In this document: positions 8,831-17,987 of the stretch, in pieces | How the letters are laid out: each line of letters starts with the position of its first letter | Numbering within the stretch: position 1 is the first letter of the stretch | Virus record (IMG/VR): IMGVR_UViG_3300031658_000007 | Span: 1-61,089 of that record | DNA: 61,089 nt | Reading direction: 5' to 3' (one strand) | Source of the DNA: a virus | Taxonomy: Duplodnaviria > Caudoviricetes | Notes under the pieces: model-generated | The model's database searches: none | What the model was told of the DNA's origin: nothing | Seen by the model: only the letters and a program-made list of their open reading frames with translations | Made by a program: the position numbers and the translations under genes

Positions 8831-9913
8831 TTAATTTGCTTGTTCAAGATTCTTGTACCAAGCATCAAATTTTTCATCATTTCCATCGTCTAAATAATCG
8901 ACGACACTTTTTTGTCCAGAACGGGAGCCTGTTGAAGTAGCTGCCCGTTTTGATTCAGCTTCTGATGATTCCTTACCAAATTTTGTTTCTGCTTCTTGTG
9001 CGCCTTTATTCAGATCATCTACCTGTTTCTGACCGTTATCAGTTTGAGTAGCTTTCTGGTATTCAGCACCTGCAAGAAGATAGTAATCTAAACTGGACTT
9101 AGAATTTCCATCTAACATCTGTAACTTTGCTGCTTCAGGAGCTACTTTAGCGTAGACACCTGATTTTACATCATTGTGCAGACCCAGAATAATATCGGGG
9201 TTGTCTGCAACACTTTTCCTAGACATATCATCCCACTGTTTGTCTATAACGTCAACAGTAGTACTATACTCTGGGTCTTTAGATATCTGAGAGTCTATCT
9301 CGTCTATCTTTATTTCAAAATCAGTTTTACCGTACCTTGTTGGGTTATACGGTGCATCATCATCCTCAAAACTTAAATCACTAAGATCTATATCTCTATC
9401 TGCAGCTAGTTTCTTTATAGCACCTTTGTCACCCTTTAAGATGTCTAGTGCCATATCAAACTGGTCTTGGGTGATACTTTCTTCTTCCAAGGCAGAAATC
9501 ATTTTACGGTAAGGAGCTATCTTCTGCATTTTCTGCGTGTAGTCCATAGCTTTACCGAACACACCTTCAAACTGAGACATAATTTCGTCATCAGTAAATT
9601 CAAAGTCCTGTCCGTTAGCTTTAAACTTACGTTTAATAGCTTCCTTTACTTCATCTTCTTTAACTTCTTCTGATAAAGGTTCTTCTTCACTAGCAACTTC
9701 TTCAGAAGTTTCTGATGTTGTGTCTTCACTATCAGAGTCACTAACTGTTTCTTCAATAGGTTCATCTATTTGATCACTAGTGTCAGTATCGACTGTTTCA
9801 ACACTATCACTAGTAGGATCAGATTTTTCTTCTTCCCTTCGGATAGCATTAATAGCATCCATAGGATCTATATCATTTTCTAAAATCTCGTCTTCTGAAA
9901 GTTCCTGAGACAT
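8831..9913 (-). CDS. Scaffolding-like protein (N4 gp57-like)
   Basis: 360 aa, very acidic N-terminus, KFKANG...KAMDYTQKMQ motif; between portal and capsid. Confidence 0.75.
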   Translation of the reverse strand: MSQELSEDEILENDIDPMDAINAIRREEEKSDPTSDSVETVDTDTSDQIDEPIEETVSDSDSEDTTSETSEEVASEEEPLSEEVKEDEVKEAIKRKFKANGQDFEFTDDEIMSQFEGVFGKAMDYTQKMQKIAPYRKMISALEEESITQDQFDMALDILKGDKGAIKKLAADRDIDLSDLSFEDDDAPYNPTRYGKTDFEIKIDEIDSQISKDPEYSTTVDVIDKQWDDMSRKSVADNPDIILGLHNDVKSGVYAKVAPEAAKLQMLDGNSKSSLDYYLLAGAEYQKATQTDNGQKQVDDLNKGAQEAETKFGKESSEAESKRAATSTGSRSGQKSVVDYLDDGNDEKFDAWYKNLEQAN

Positions 9914-10221
9914 TATTCAGGATCTCCTTCTGTACCTTCTTGAGTAGCTCCTTCGTAAAAGTTTTCAATCATAGCAAAAAAGTACTGCAGATTGCTCACA
10001 GAAACGAGGTCTTCCATTACATCACCACGTTCACCACGTTGTTTAATTCCTGGGACTGCTAAAAGACTAACAGAAGATTTAACCTTTTTAGTTAAGTAAC
10101 CTTCCATAATAACTTTTATAAAGTCAGGATTCTTTTGTAAACGGTGTAAAGCCTCACCCATGTCTAGGTACTCGTTTAACTCTACTGTCTCTAATTCTAC
10201 TTCGTTTTCTGGGTTGCTCAC
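9913..10221 (-). CDS. Conserved head-module protein (N4 gp58-like)
   Basis: 102 aa; ALHRLQKNPDFIKVIMEGY motif; synteny. Confidence 0.65.
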   Translation of the reverse strand: MSNPENEVELETVELNEYLDMGEALHRLQKNPDFIKVIMEGYLTKKVKSSVSLLAVPGIKQRGERGDVMEDLVSVSNLQYFFAMIENFYEGATQEGTEGDPE

Positions 10222-10341
10222 GATGAGTCCTCTGGTTTATGTAAATAAGTTTTTTATTTATACTATAATTTAATTAACTTGTAAACTAGTACTGTATCTA
10301 ATGTTTACAGGTATCCCACTATTAATGGTGTATTACTTGTG

Positions 10342-12267
10342 TTAACCATTCATAATATCTGCAGACTTTAAGTCTAGTTTTGTCATACGATCATGATCCT
10401 TCTTCGTTAATTCGTCAGCCATGTCTTCACCTGTAACCTTACTCATAAAGTCTAGATCTTTAATGTCTGTATCTGAATTTACAAGTCTTGCTTTAGCTTC
10501 AGCTAGTACAGCGTTAGCAGTTTTAAGTCGCATATCAACTTGATTTTCCATAGCCCTAGATTCACGCTCATTAATCTCAGCTTCCAGCTTACGCATCTCT
10601 AGAGAATGCATCTGTGCTTGATGCTCATCAGGTTGTGGTTGATATTCTTTAAGTGACTTGGCTAGGTCTGGCATTTTATGTAACCTAGCTACCTGACTCA
10701 TAAGAAGATTTCTCATTCCTGCGTCCATACCTTGTCCAAGTGTTTGCAGTAAGAATGAAAGTTGTTGTCCTTTACTTGAGTTATCTTCAGCTGTTGATAC
10801 TTCTATTTCAATATCAATGTCACCTCTAAGATCGTCTTTCCTTATTGTTACAAACTCTTCATTTGTTATACGAACAACCTCTTCGTCTTTTAACCACTTA
10901 GAGTTGTACGATAACCATTTACGCATAAGAGGTTTAACTAAGTTTTCAGCTATGTTTCTTACAATATCCAATCTTCGTACAGACACAGCATCTAGTGCTC
11001 CTCTGGCAGAAGTAGCTGTTGAACCTAAACTTGCTCCACTAATACCACCAGCAAAACCTTTTACACCAGTAATAGATTCTGTCTCGTTATTAACTAGCTC
11101 TAATACAGAAAACACACTACTAGGTATAGGGTTGTAAGAACCTTCAAAAAAGTCACTAGACGAAGTGTTGTATTCAAAGTGTTTGTTACCAAGAAATCTT
11201 TTTCTGTTAAGTGTATCTAAGGCACCTTTACGTATACCTTTCTGACCATTATTAGAATTAGCCATGTTATCTATAATTCCACGCTTTATAGCGGTAGATA
11301 TCTTTTGGTTATCACCAATAGTTTCTGCGTTAGCTTCACCTGTCATTTGGAAAGGTATAGAGTTATGAGCTACTACTAAGAATGGTATTTTATCATCAGG
11401 GTAAGGATTAGATTCTAGTCTAATAATAGTGTTGTTTATCCAAGTACAGACAATAGGTTTAGCTATACCAGTGTCTTCAATATCGTAATTACCCCAGTAC
11501 TCATGAACAATTATTTTCTTTCTTGGTTGGTCTTTAAACTCAAAGTTTGTGTCATCTTCATTTTCAAAGTCACCTGTGTCTTTAACTAGGTTAAGTGCTA
11601 CCTTATCCAGTTCTTTCTTCTTATACTTCTTGCTAGTTCTAAGAGTGGTTAGATCACTTTCATACCTATGTATTATAAACTGGCATTTATCAATATCACC
11701 AAGACAAGTAGGATCAATGTAAATATCTTCTATACGACAAGTTTCAGCATAAGGTTTATTTACAGTAACATTTAGTTCTTTTACTAGTTTTGTACCTGTC
11801 TGTACAGGTTCCATAGTAGCTGGGTCTAACTCGTAAGTAGGGTACTCAACTTCAACTTCTTCATCTGCGTAGTCCCATGAACACTTAACTACAAGTGTAC
11901 CCTCAGTAGTAAGTAGCTTTACTGCATCGGTAATAAACTTATACCTATTAAACTTTCTAGTAAACTGGTAGTTAAGTACTAATTCATTTTGTTCCGCTGC
12001 AGCTCTATCTTCTGATGTGATAGGTACACACTTTATAATATCACTAGTAGATAAAAAGGGATCTTTTAGAGAAGCATGTTGCCATTCATCTTGACGTTTT
12101 ATGTCTCTAGACACTAATGAAGATTTACCTTTTACTTCATTACCGTAGTTTTCTCCGTTGTAAGCTTTCTTCCAAGTTTCTACTTGGCTTACAGTTTCTA
12201 AACGAAGGTTATCTGCAGCAGTTAAATCATCTTTTAGACTACTTAAAATTTTAGCTTTATCTACCAT
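10342..12267 (-). CDS. Portal protein (N4 gp59-like)
   Basis: 641 aa; KGKSSLV...RQDEWQ..SL.DPFL, IYIDPTC.GD, EYWG.YD, NPYPD.KIPF, TGVKGF.GG motifs. Confidence 0.92.
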   Translation of the reverse strand: MVDKAKILSSLKDDLTAADNLRLETVSQVETWKKAYNGENYGNEVKGKSSLVSRDIKRQDEWQHASLKDPFLSTSDIIKCVPITSEDRAAAEQNELVLNYQFTRKFNRYKFITDAVKLLTTEGTLVVKCSWDYADEEVEVEYPTYELDPATMEPVQTGTKLVKELNVTVNKPYAETCRIEDIYIDPTCLGDIDKCQFIIHRYESDLTTLRTSKKYKKKELDKVALNLVKDTGDFENEDDTNFEFKDQPRKKIIVHEYWGNYDIEDTGIAKPIVCTWINNTIIRLESNPYPDDKIPFLVVAHNSIPFQMTGEANAETIGDNQKISTAIKRGIIDNMANSNNGQKGIRKGALDTLNRKRFLGNKHFEYNTSSSDFFEGSYNPIPSSVFSVLELVNNETESITGVKGFAGGISGASLGSTATSARGALDAVSVRRLDIVRNIAENLVKPLMRKWLSYNSKWLKDEEVVRITNEEFVTIRKDDLRGDIDIEIEVSTAEDNSSKGQQLSFLLQTLGQGMDAGMRNLLMSQVARLHKMPDLAKSLKEYQPQPDEHQAQMHSLEMRKLEAEINERESRAMENQVDMRLKTANAVLAEAKARLVNSDTDIKDLDFMSKVTGEDMADELTKKDHDRMTKLDLKSADIMNG

Positions 12268-12306
12268 CTTGAAAACCTTTTTGAATTTTATTTAAGATAG
12301 TAAACA

Positions 12307-12456
12307 TTACTTACCACCTTTATTGTGCAAATCAAATAGTGTCTTAACTTTATCAGATAAGATTTCTATACTGAGATTCATTTTAGCTAGTACAACAACA
12401 AGAGTAATAGCAGCAAGTACAATAGGCCAAATAGACATTAGTTCATCGATAATCAT
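12307..12456 (-). CDS. Small membrane protein (lysis cassette)
   Basis: 49 aa MIIDELMSIWPIVLAAITLVVVLAK...; ATGA overlap with upstream gene; below the ORF-track cutoff. Confidence 0.6.
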   Translation of the reverse strand: MIIDELMSIWPIVLAAITLVVVLAKMNLSIEILSDKVKTLFDLHNKGGK

Positions 12457-12731
12457 TTTGCCACCCTGTATAGTTCCCTAATATCTGATTGCATATCTCT
12501 TATAATATCTTCTTGTAGTTTGTAACCAGATTTTAATTGTTCAATTTGGTTATCTCTTACTTTTAACTCTAACTCTATACGTTCTTCACGAACAAGCATT
12601 TGTTTTAGTTCTGATACATCAACACTTAAACTTTGCATAGAGTGATAGAAGGCAAATCCACCAGATACACCAGCAAACGCTAACATAAGGATAGGCCAGT
12701 ATTTCAGTAGTGATGATATTTGGTCTGTCAT
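12453..12731 (-). CDS. Membrane-anchored coiled-coil protein (spanin- or holin-like)
   Basis: N-terminal TM (WPILMLAFAGVSGGFAFY) followed by a coiled coil. Confidence 0.5.
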   Translation of the reverse strand: MTDQISSLLKYWPILMLAFAGVSGGFAFYHSMQSLSVDVSELKQMLVREERIELELKVRDNQIEQLKSGYKLQEDIIRDMQSDIRELYRVAK

Positions 12732-12940
12732 TACTGGTCACTTTTCCTGTGGAACTCTTTAGAATCCTTGTGTTTGTAATACCAATTAATTACAACAGAA
12801 ACTAAGGCAATACCTAATGACACCAACGCTACCCAAGGTATATCTGTTGTAGTAGTTGTGGTACTAGTTACTAGTGCAACTGAAGTAGCCGTGTATGTAG
12901 TAGGTTGTGTGAACGCTGCTACAGTATCACTTACACTCAT
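12731..12940 (-). CDS. Putative holin
   Basis: 69 aa; TM WVALVSLGIALVSVVINWYY followed by a basic tail, as in small class II holins. Confidence 0.55.
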   Translation of the reverse strand: MSVSDTVAAFTQPTTYTATSVALVTSTTTTTTDIPWVALVSLGIALVSVVINWYYKHKDSKEFHRKSDQ

Positions 12941-13458
12941 AACTTGACTCCTCTGCTACCAAACCACCAAAGTACTGCTGTAACTGTTAGAAATACAGCT
13001 TGATTTATAATATGTGAGTACAATGTGTAAAGATCTGATACAGGAAGTGAGTTCAAACCTCCTAGTAACGCACTAATGTTATATGTTATAAACGTTACTA
13101 TAACTAGTAGGTATATAGTTATGGCAGGTCGCATTAGTGAACGTACACCGTCAATCCATTTAATACCAACTGGTTTAGACGAAACTAATTGAGATGCTGT
13201 AAATGCTTCTCCTGCTGATATTTCACTTTGTATATCAGCTTCTGCGATAGTCATATCAATTTTTTTATCAGCCATTGCTAAAGCTTGTTCTGACTCAGCC
13301 GCATCACGCTTTAAATCAACTTCAGCCATTGATAACTCATGAAGATTATTTAATTCATCGCTCTTGCGTTGCTCACGTTTAGCCATGTAGCTACCAACTA
13401 AACCGACAATCGCACCTAATCCTGATGAACTAGCTATTCCAAGAATTGCATCTAACAC
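12937..13458 (-). CDS. GTA-type 3TM holin-like protein
   Basis: N-terminal glycine-rich TM, RSLMRPAIT and C-terminal WWFGSR motifs. Confidence 0.7.
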   Translation of the reverse strand: MLDAILGIASSSGLGAIVGLVGSYMAKREQRKSDELNNLHELSMAEVDLKRDAAESEQALAMADKKIDMTIAEADIQSEISAGEAFTASQLVSSKPVGIKWIDGVRSLMRPAITIYLLVIVTFITYNISALLGGLNSLPVSDLYTLYSHIINQAVFLTVTAVLWWFGSRGVKL

Positions 13459-13859
13459 GGAGTATCTCCAATAATGTGTAAATTAAAACTTTTCTTACTT
13501 TGTAACTTGTTAAATTTAACTAAAGCCGTACCAGAACTTAAAACAGCAGGTAAACCAGATAGCCTACCTTTTCTAGACCCTAATATAATACAGCCTTTAC
13601 TGTGACTAGCCAAGTTTCCTTTGTGTATAAGTATGCCAGATCTTTTACTTACTGACTTAATATGCCAAACTTTTTGGTATTTTCCACTGCCAGAACGTGG
13701 AAGGTAGTCTACAACATAACGTCCTGCTGGTATGCAGCTGACATTAGATCTATTATCTAACCAAGGTCTTTCTATAGTAACAAACTGTTGTCCATTAGCT
13801 ATAAGAATACCGTAGGTATGAGTTTTAAAGTACTGTCTTATAAGGAAAATAGTATTCAT
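13452..13859 (-). CDS. DUF5675-family protein (putative endolysin)
   Basis: TIERPW.DN...SCIPAG.Y, ILIH.GN...S.GCIILG motifs; next to holins. Confidence 0.8.
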   Translation of the reverse strand: MNTIFLIRQYFKTHTYGILIANGQQFVTIERPWLDNRSNVSCIPAGRYVVDYLPRSGSGKYQKVWHIKSVSKRSGILIHKGNLASHSKGCIILGSRKGRLSGLPAVLSSGTALVKFNKLQSKKSFNLHIIGDTPC

Positions 13860-13861
13860 AC

Positions 13862-15028
13862 TTAACCCAGTTCTGTCTTACTCATAGAAACTCTATGGCG
13901 TTGAACTTCTCCCCACTCCTTACAGTATACTACTGCAGACATACTCCTAGATGATCCATAACCAGAATCTGAGTGCCAGTTATCAGGTGGAGCTAGTGTA
14001 TTAAAAGCTTCAAAGGTCATACTGCCACCAATCTCTGTAGCTTGTTTATGGTGGATATGACCCATAATACAGTAACGATGTTTAGTCTCACCCCATTCTT
14101 TAGCCATAGTTCTAGTGAAGTATTCAAAAGCAGATTGAGGTTTCATCCTGTCACCGTGATGAGATGTAATCATTACGTTACCGTATATGTAACTCATGAA
14201 CTTAGACACGTTGTCTAGTACAGTAACACGTGGTTCATCAGAGTAGAAAGTTTGTAACATTATGTTAACAACCATAGCTACATCACTATCATGATTACCT
14301 CTAGTATTCATAAGTACAACTTTATTGTGTACTTCAAGCATCATATCAACTGCATTCCTATAAACTCTAACAGCAGCCATTAACGCATCAGAAAAATGTC
14401 CATCTACATCTAGTGGTGTACCTTTAGCTGTAGTACCTGCAGCATTATTAGCATGTAGGAAGTCTCCCACATTTAATAGTAATCCTACTTCAGATGGCCC
14501 AGATGCTTTAATTAACTTCTGTATTGCCTGTGTAGTTACTCTTTCTGCTATCTCAATGTTCCATTCACCTTGGTCACTATTATTAGTGACAAGCATTCCT
14601 ATGTGAGCATCACCTATTATTATAGCGGTTAGCTGTTCTGCTTTAACTTCATTATTACTTACAGGTATAGGAACATACTTAGTAATTTCAGATGTCAAAC
14701 CATCCGCAAACGCAAGTAACGCAGCTTCTGCATTTTCCTTTTTAAGATCTGTTTTAACCCACTGTCTTATAGGTTTTCCATTTTCATCATAAAATGTACT
14801 AACACCTTTTACTACATGAGTACTTGGTGCTATATGGGTCATGTCGTGGTCAGGCGACCAGCCTTGCTTTGAGGCGTTAGCCTTTACTTTCTGCAAAGAC
14901 CTTTCTAGCGTCCTTTGGTTTACACCAAGGAAGTCAGCAGCTTGTCTTTGAGTTCCGTGGTTTAACACAGCGTCTATAAATTCTATCTGCCTATCAGATG
15001 CAAATTGCTTTAAGCTTTCTAAATTCAT
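13862..15028 (-). CDS. HTH + calcineurin-like metallophosphoesterase
   Basis: N-terminal HTH (TQRQAADFLGVNQRTL); GDAH, GDFLH, GNHD, HHGD, GHIHH motifs. Confidence 0.85.
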   Translation of the reverse strand: MNLESLKQFASDRQIEFIDAVLNHGTQRQAADFLGVNQRTLERSLQKVKANASKQGWSPDHDMTHIAPSTHVVKGVSTFYDENGKPIRQWVKTDLKKENAEAALLAFADGLTSEITKYVPIPVSNNEVKAEQLTAIIIGDAHIGMLVTNNSDQGEWNIEIAERVTTQAIQKLIKASGPSEVGLLLNVGDFLHANNAAGTTAKGTPLDVDGHFSDALMAAVRVYRNAVDMMLEVHNKVVLMNTRGNHDSDVAMVVNIMLQTFYSDEPRVTVLDNVSKFMSYIYGNVMITSHHGDRMKPQSAFEYFTRTMAKEWGETKHRYCIMGHIHHKQATEIGGSMTFEAFNTLAPPDNWHSDSGYGSSRSMSAVVYCKEWGEVQRHRVSMSKTELG

Positions 15029-15085
15029 ATAATTTTATACCCTATTATTATTAGTATAGTAAGTAGATTTTACCAAAACAACTTT

Positions 15086-16093
15086 CTACTGGAATCCTTT
15101 GTCAATCCAATACTGGGGGTAGTTCAGATCTTTTATTGTAAGTTTTTTGTTAAGTAGAAGTAACGTAATATAGCGAATTGTTTTTTTCCTTAGAGTTTTA
15201 AAATCATTGACGTAAATACAAGTATTAGCTTTATTTTCTCGTACTTGATTATCTTCTTTTGCTGACCCCCACATACTATTATCTGCATACTCCCTGCCTT
15301 TGAATATCTTTTCAGGTTCAGGGTCATCTAGTAGTGCTGCGGTTATGTACTCACGAGAGAAGTTAAGTATGTTGGTTAAGTGTTCGACATTGAGTGTGGA
15401 GTTAAAGGATCTGAATTCAATTGTGCCTAAAGTTGGGAGGTGGCTGTAATTAACTGCTGGACGGCACTTAGTTCTGTCAGCGAATCCAAAAGCCTTTTGG
15501 TTAGTTACTCCACCGTGCAGTGCATCAACCATGCTATTTACAGATGTTAGATCACTCTCCATCATTCGCTGTACTGCTACTGAGTGATACGGATATGTAT
15601 AAACATTCGTGAAACATTCGTAGTGCCAATTGTAATACTCCCTCTGCTTTGCGGTTGGCATGGATTCAAAGTCTGGCCTATCAACTATATTTACCCATCG
15701 AAGTATGGAATAGTCACGCTTCTGACCATACTCAATAAGGTGCTTAAGTACATCAGGACGCTCAAGTAACTGCGGTATACGAATGTGTGTATGTATTGTG
15801 CCACGGTTCGTAGGCAGTTTGTAAGTAGGAATGACTGCTTCCGCAACATCTAATATTACTTTCAGTAACTCGCTTTCTGAATCACATGCTTTAGTTTGCA
15901 ACTCGCCACCAAACATATTGAATTGAAGTGTGGGGTCAATACTAATACCACATGGTGCAGAACCGTAGTCTTCAATACCACACCAAGTATTTCCCTCTGG
16001 CATTTCTATCCGTCTATCCGCACTTCCAAAGTCCACTTCTGCACCAAATGTAGCACCTTGGAGAAAGTCGGCAATTTCAGATTGGGTCATCAT
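15086..16093 (-). CDS. Putative amidoligase (COOH-NH2 ligase, glutamate-cysteine ligase-like)
   Basis: TFGAEVDF, GGELQT, GTIHTHIR and TIEFRSF motifs in the expected order. Confidence 0.75.
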   Translation of the reverse strand: MMTQSEIADFLQGATFGAEVDFGSADRRIEMPEGNTWCGIEDYGSAPCGISIDPTLQFNMFGGELQTKACDSESELLKVILDVAEAVIPTYKLPTNRGTIHTHIRIPQLLERPDVLKHLIEYGQKRDYSILRWVNIVDRPDFESMPTAKQREYYNWHYECFTNVYTYPYHSVAVQRMMESDLTSVNSMVDALHGGVTNQKAFGFADRTKCRPAVNYSHLPTLGTIEFRSFNSTLNVEHLTNILNFSREYITAALLDDPEPEKIFKGREYADNSMWGSAKEDNQVRENKANTCIYVNDFKTLRKKTIRYITLLLLNKKLTIKDLNYPQYWIDKGFQ

Positions 16094-16371
16094 TAGCTAG
16101 GTGTACGTCCCTTACTCTCTAAGTACATTTTGTTTTGATATGCATCTTCTTCGGCTATTGCCCAAGCTGGTATTGCAGGTGCGTCTTCAACTTCAAGCAC
16201 GAAGTACGTTCTAAACTGTTCTTCAGTCCAGTTGTTTTCCACCGACTCTGGTGGGACTCTATGGTTGATGAGCATCTTGATATTAGGGGTATTAGATGCA
16301 GACCATTCAAGTACCATTTCACCTTGTGCTTCATTTGTCTCTACTACTTTAAAAGTGTTGTAAATTATCAT
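16093..16371 (-). CDS. Hypothetical protein, paralog A
   Basis: 92 aa; aligns with the neighbour (EWSAS..P..K....H..P......NWTE...R..F...IP.WA.AEE). Confidence 0.75.
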   Translation of the reverse strand: MIIYNTFKVVETNEAQGEMVLEWSASNTPNIKMLINHRVPPESVENNWTEEQFRTYFVLEVEDAPAIPAWAIAEEDAYQNKMYLESKGRTPS

Positions 16372-16381
16372 GTTAGGTGTC

Positions 16382-16654
16382 CTATAGTTGCCCGTAAACT
16401 TGTTTAACTCTATTAATATTCTCAGCCGCTTCTTCTGCCTTCGCCCATTCAGGGATAGCAGTACTAGCTAAAAGTTCTGTTGCGAAGTGCGCTCGTAGTT
16501 CTGCCTCAGTCCAGTTATCCTGATCTGCTTCAAGTGGTATCTTGTGATCTCGCACTAACTTCAATGCGGGTTTAGTTGATGCAGACCACTCAACTGTCAG
16601 TGTTCCTGTTGCGGCATCGGTTGCGATTACTGTAAAACTATCTAAAGGATTCAT
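16382..16654 (-). CDS. Hypothetical protein, paralog B
   Basis: 90 aa; shares the motif set with 16093-16371. Confidence 0.75.
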   Translation of the reverse strand: MNPLDSFTVIATDAATGTLTVEWSASTKPALKLVRDHKIPLEADQDNWTEAELRAHFATELLASTAIPEWAKAEEAAENINRVKQVYGQL

Positions 16655-17079
16655 TGTTTATTCTCTTGGTCATTTAGCACAATTGCTAGTACCTGATCAC
16701 CGTAAAGTGGGTGATCGGGTTTTGGGGTTTTTACATGTAGTATAAAATCTGCATCGAAATAATCGCTAGGCCAGCGATACTCGCTGTTTCCTACGATGTA
16801 CATTGCGTCTTCTGGGTGCGTAAAATCACATAACTCAGTGGATTCAAACCCATCCCGTTCTTCTTCAATCACAACGATAGGGTGATCACCACCGAGCATA
16901 ACTTCGTCAACCGAATCAACTAGTTGAAGTGATACGCCGTAGGTATGCATCAGTGACCAGTAGTGGCATTCAAAGCGTTGCTTTCTAACAGGGTCATCAC
17001 ACTCAGGATGGGGATAAAACCCCACAATAAAGATGTGAGGGTCTGATGCTTTAGTTCGTTTGTATGCCTGTGTGATCAC
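16651..17079 (-). CDS. SPOUT (SpoU/TrmH/TrmL-like) methyltransferase-fold protein
   Basis: Start revised to GTG 17079, overlapping the upstream TGA (142 aa); DFTHPEDAMYIVGNSE and LHVKT....LYGDQVLAIVLND resemble SPOUT knot motifs 2 and 3. Confidence 0.6.
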   Translation of the reverse strand: MITQAYKRTKASDPHIFIVGFYPHPECDDPVRKQRFECHYWSLMHTYGVSLQLVDSVDEVMLGGDHPIVVIEEERDGFESTELCDFTHPEDAMYIVGNSEYRWPSDYFDADFILHVKTPKPDHPLYGDQVLAIVLNDQENKQ

Positions 17080-17987
17080 GAGATAGTTCCAGCATATGAG
17101 CCGTATCCACCAGACCAAGAGATGTTTGAGCCGTTGCGTTGGATTGCAATACCTCTTGATCCACCAGCTCCACCACCCCAAGTTGAACTACCGCCACCAT
17201 TACCAGCTGCTCCAGCACCACCACCTGTACCACCAGATCCTGCTGTGCCAGAAACTCCACCAGAACAATGTGTTCTTGATAAAGATGCTCCACCACCCCC
17301 ACCAGCTTGAGATCCTGTGCTTCCGTAACCAGTACCGCCATTACCACCAGAGGCATATGAGTAGGAACTAGAGTTGGTACAAGTAGTAGCCCAACTGGTA
17401 CAGCCCCATTTATTACTAGTAGCACAATAGGTAGATGTGGTTCTGTCGTTTAGTATTCGGAAGCCACCACCGCCACCACCGCCACCGCCTCCACCATATA
17501 TCTGGCTGTTGTTGTCGATAGTGAGGTTGGATGTGCCTGTTGAAGACTGTATGGACATAGCACGGCCACCAGCACCACCACTATAGCCAGCAGCATTATT
17601 TCTGCCACCACCACCAGTACCACGATAACCTTTAATGCTTCCGTTTATTACTAAAGTTACGTGGTTATAACCAGTGATATTTCCAGTTTGGAATGCCCAG
17701 TTACCTGAATTACTGGCAATTGCATTACCTGTCAGGGTTACGTGAATTGGATTGCTACTATTTAGGTTGGAGAATGCAGATTGAGATGTCAATACAAAGT
17801 GTGTACCCATACTGATACTTACGTATTGGATATTAGACTTACCATGAAACTGGTTCATGGATATCTGTCCACTAGTAGGTATGCCAGAAGCACGACCATA
17901 GTATTCAGACATAGTGATAGGATGCCCTCCACCAAACTCACTTTGGAGGTTAGCGAAGCTTATTGCCCCTGAACCTTGTAGAGCCAT
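17076..17987 (-). CDS. Glycine-rich receptor-binding adhesin-like protein
   Basis: 303 aa; N-terminal SGAISF.NLQSEFGG..PI.MSEYY...P.SGQISM..F.GKS; poly-Gly motifs (IYGGGGGGGGGG) like T-even gp38-type adhesins. Confidence 0.7.
   Translation of the reverse strand: MALQGSGAISFANLQSEFGGGHPITMSEYYGRASGIPTSGQISMNQFHGKSNIQYVSISMGTHFVLTSQSAFSNLNSSNPIHVTLTGNAIASNSGNWAFQTGNITGYNHVTLVINGSIKGYRGTGGGGRNNAAGYSGGAGGRAMSIQSSTGTSNLTIDNNSQIYGGGGGGGGGGGFRILNDRTTSTYCATSNKWGCTSWATTCTNSSSYSYASGGNGGTGYGSTGSQAGGGGGASLSRTHCSGGVSGTAGSGGTGGGAGAAGNGGGSSTWGGGAGGSRGIAIQRNGSNISWSGGYGSYAGTIS

Noticed and set aside
17051-17425. Alternative-frame 124-aa hydrophobic ORF inside the adhesin
   Set aside because: Val/Leu richness is the frameshifted reading of GGT glycine codons
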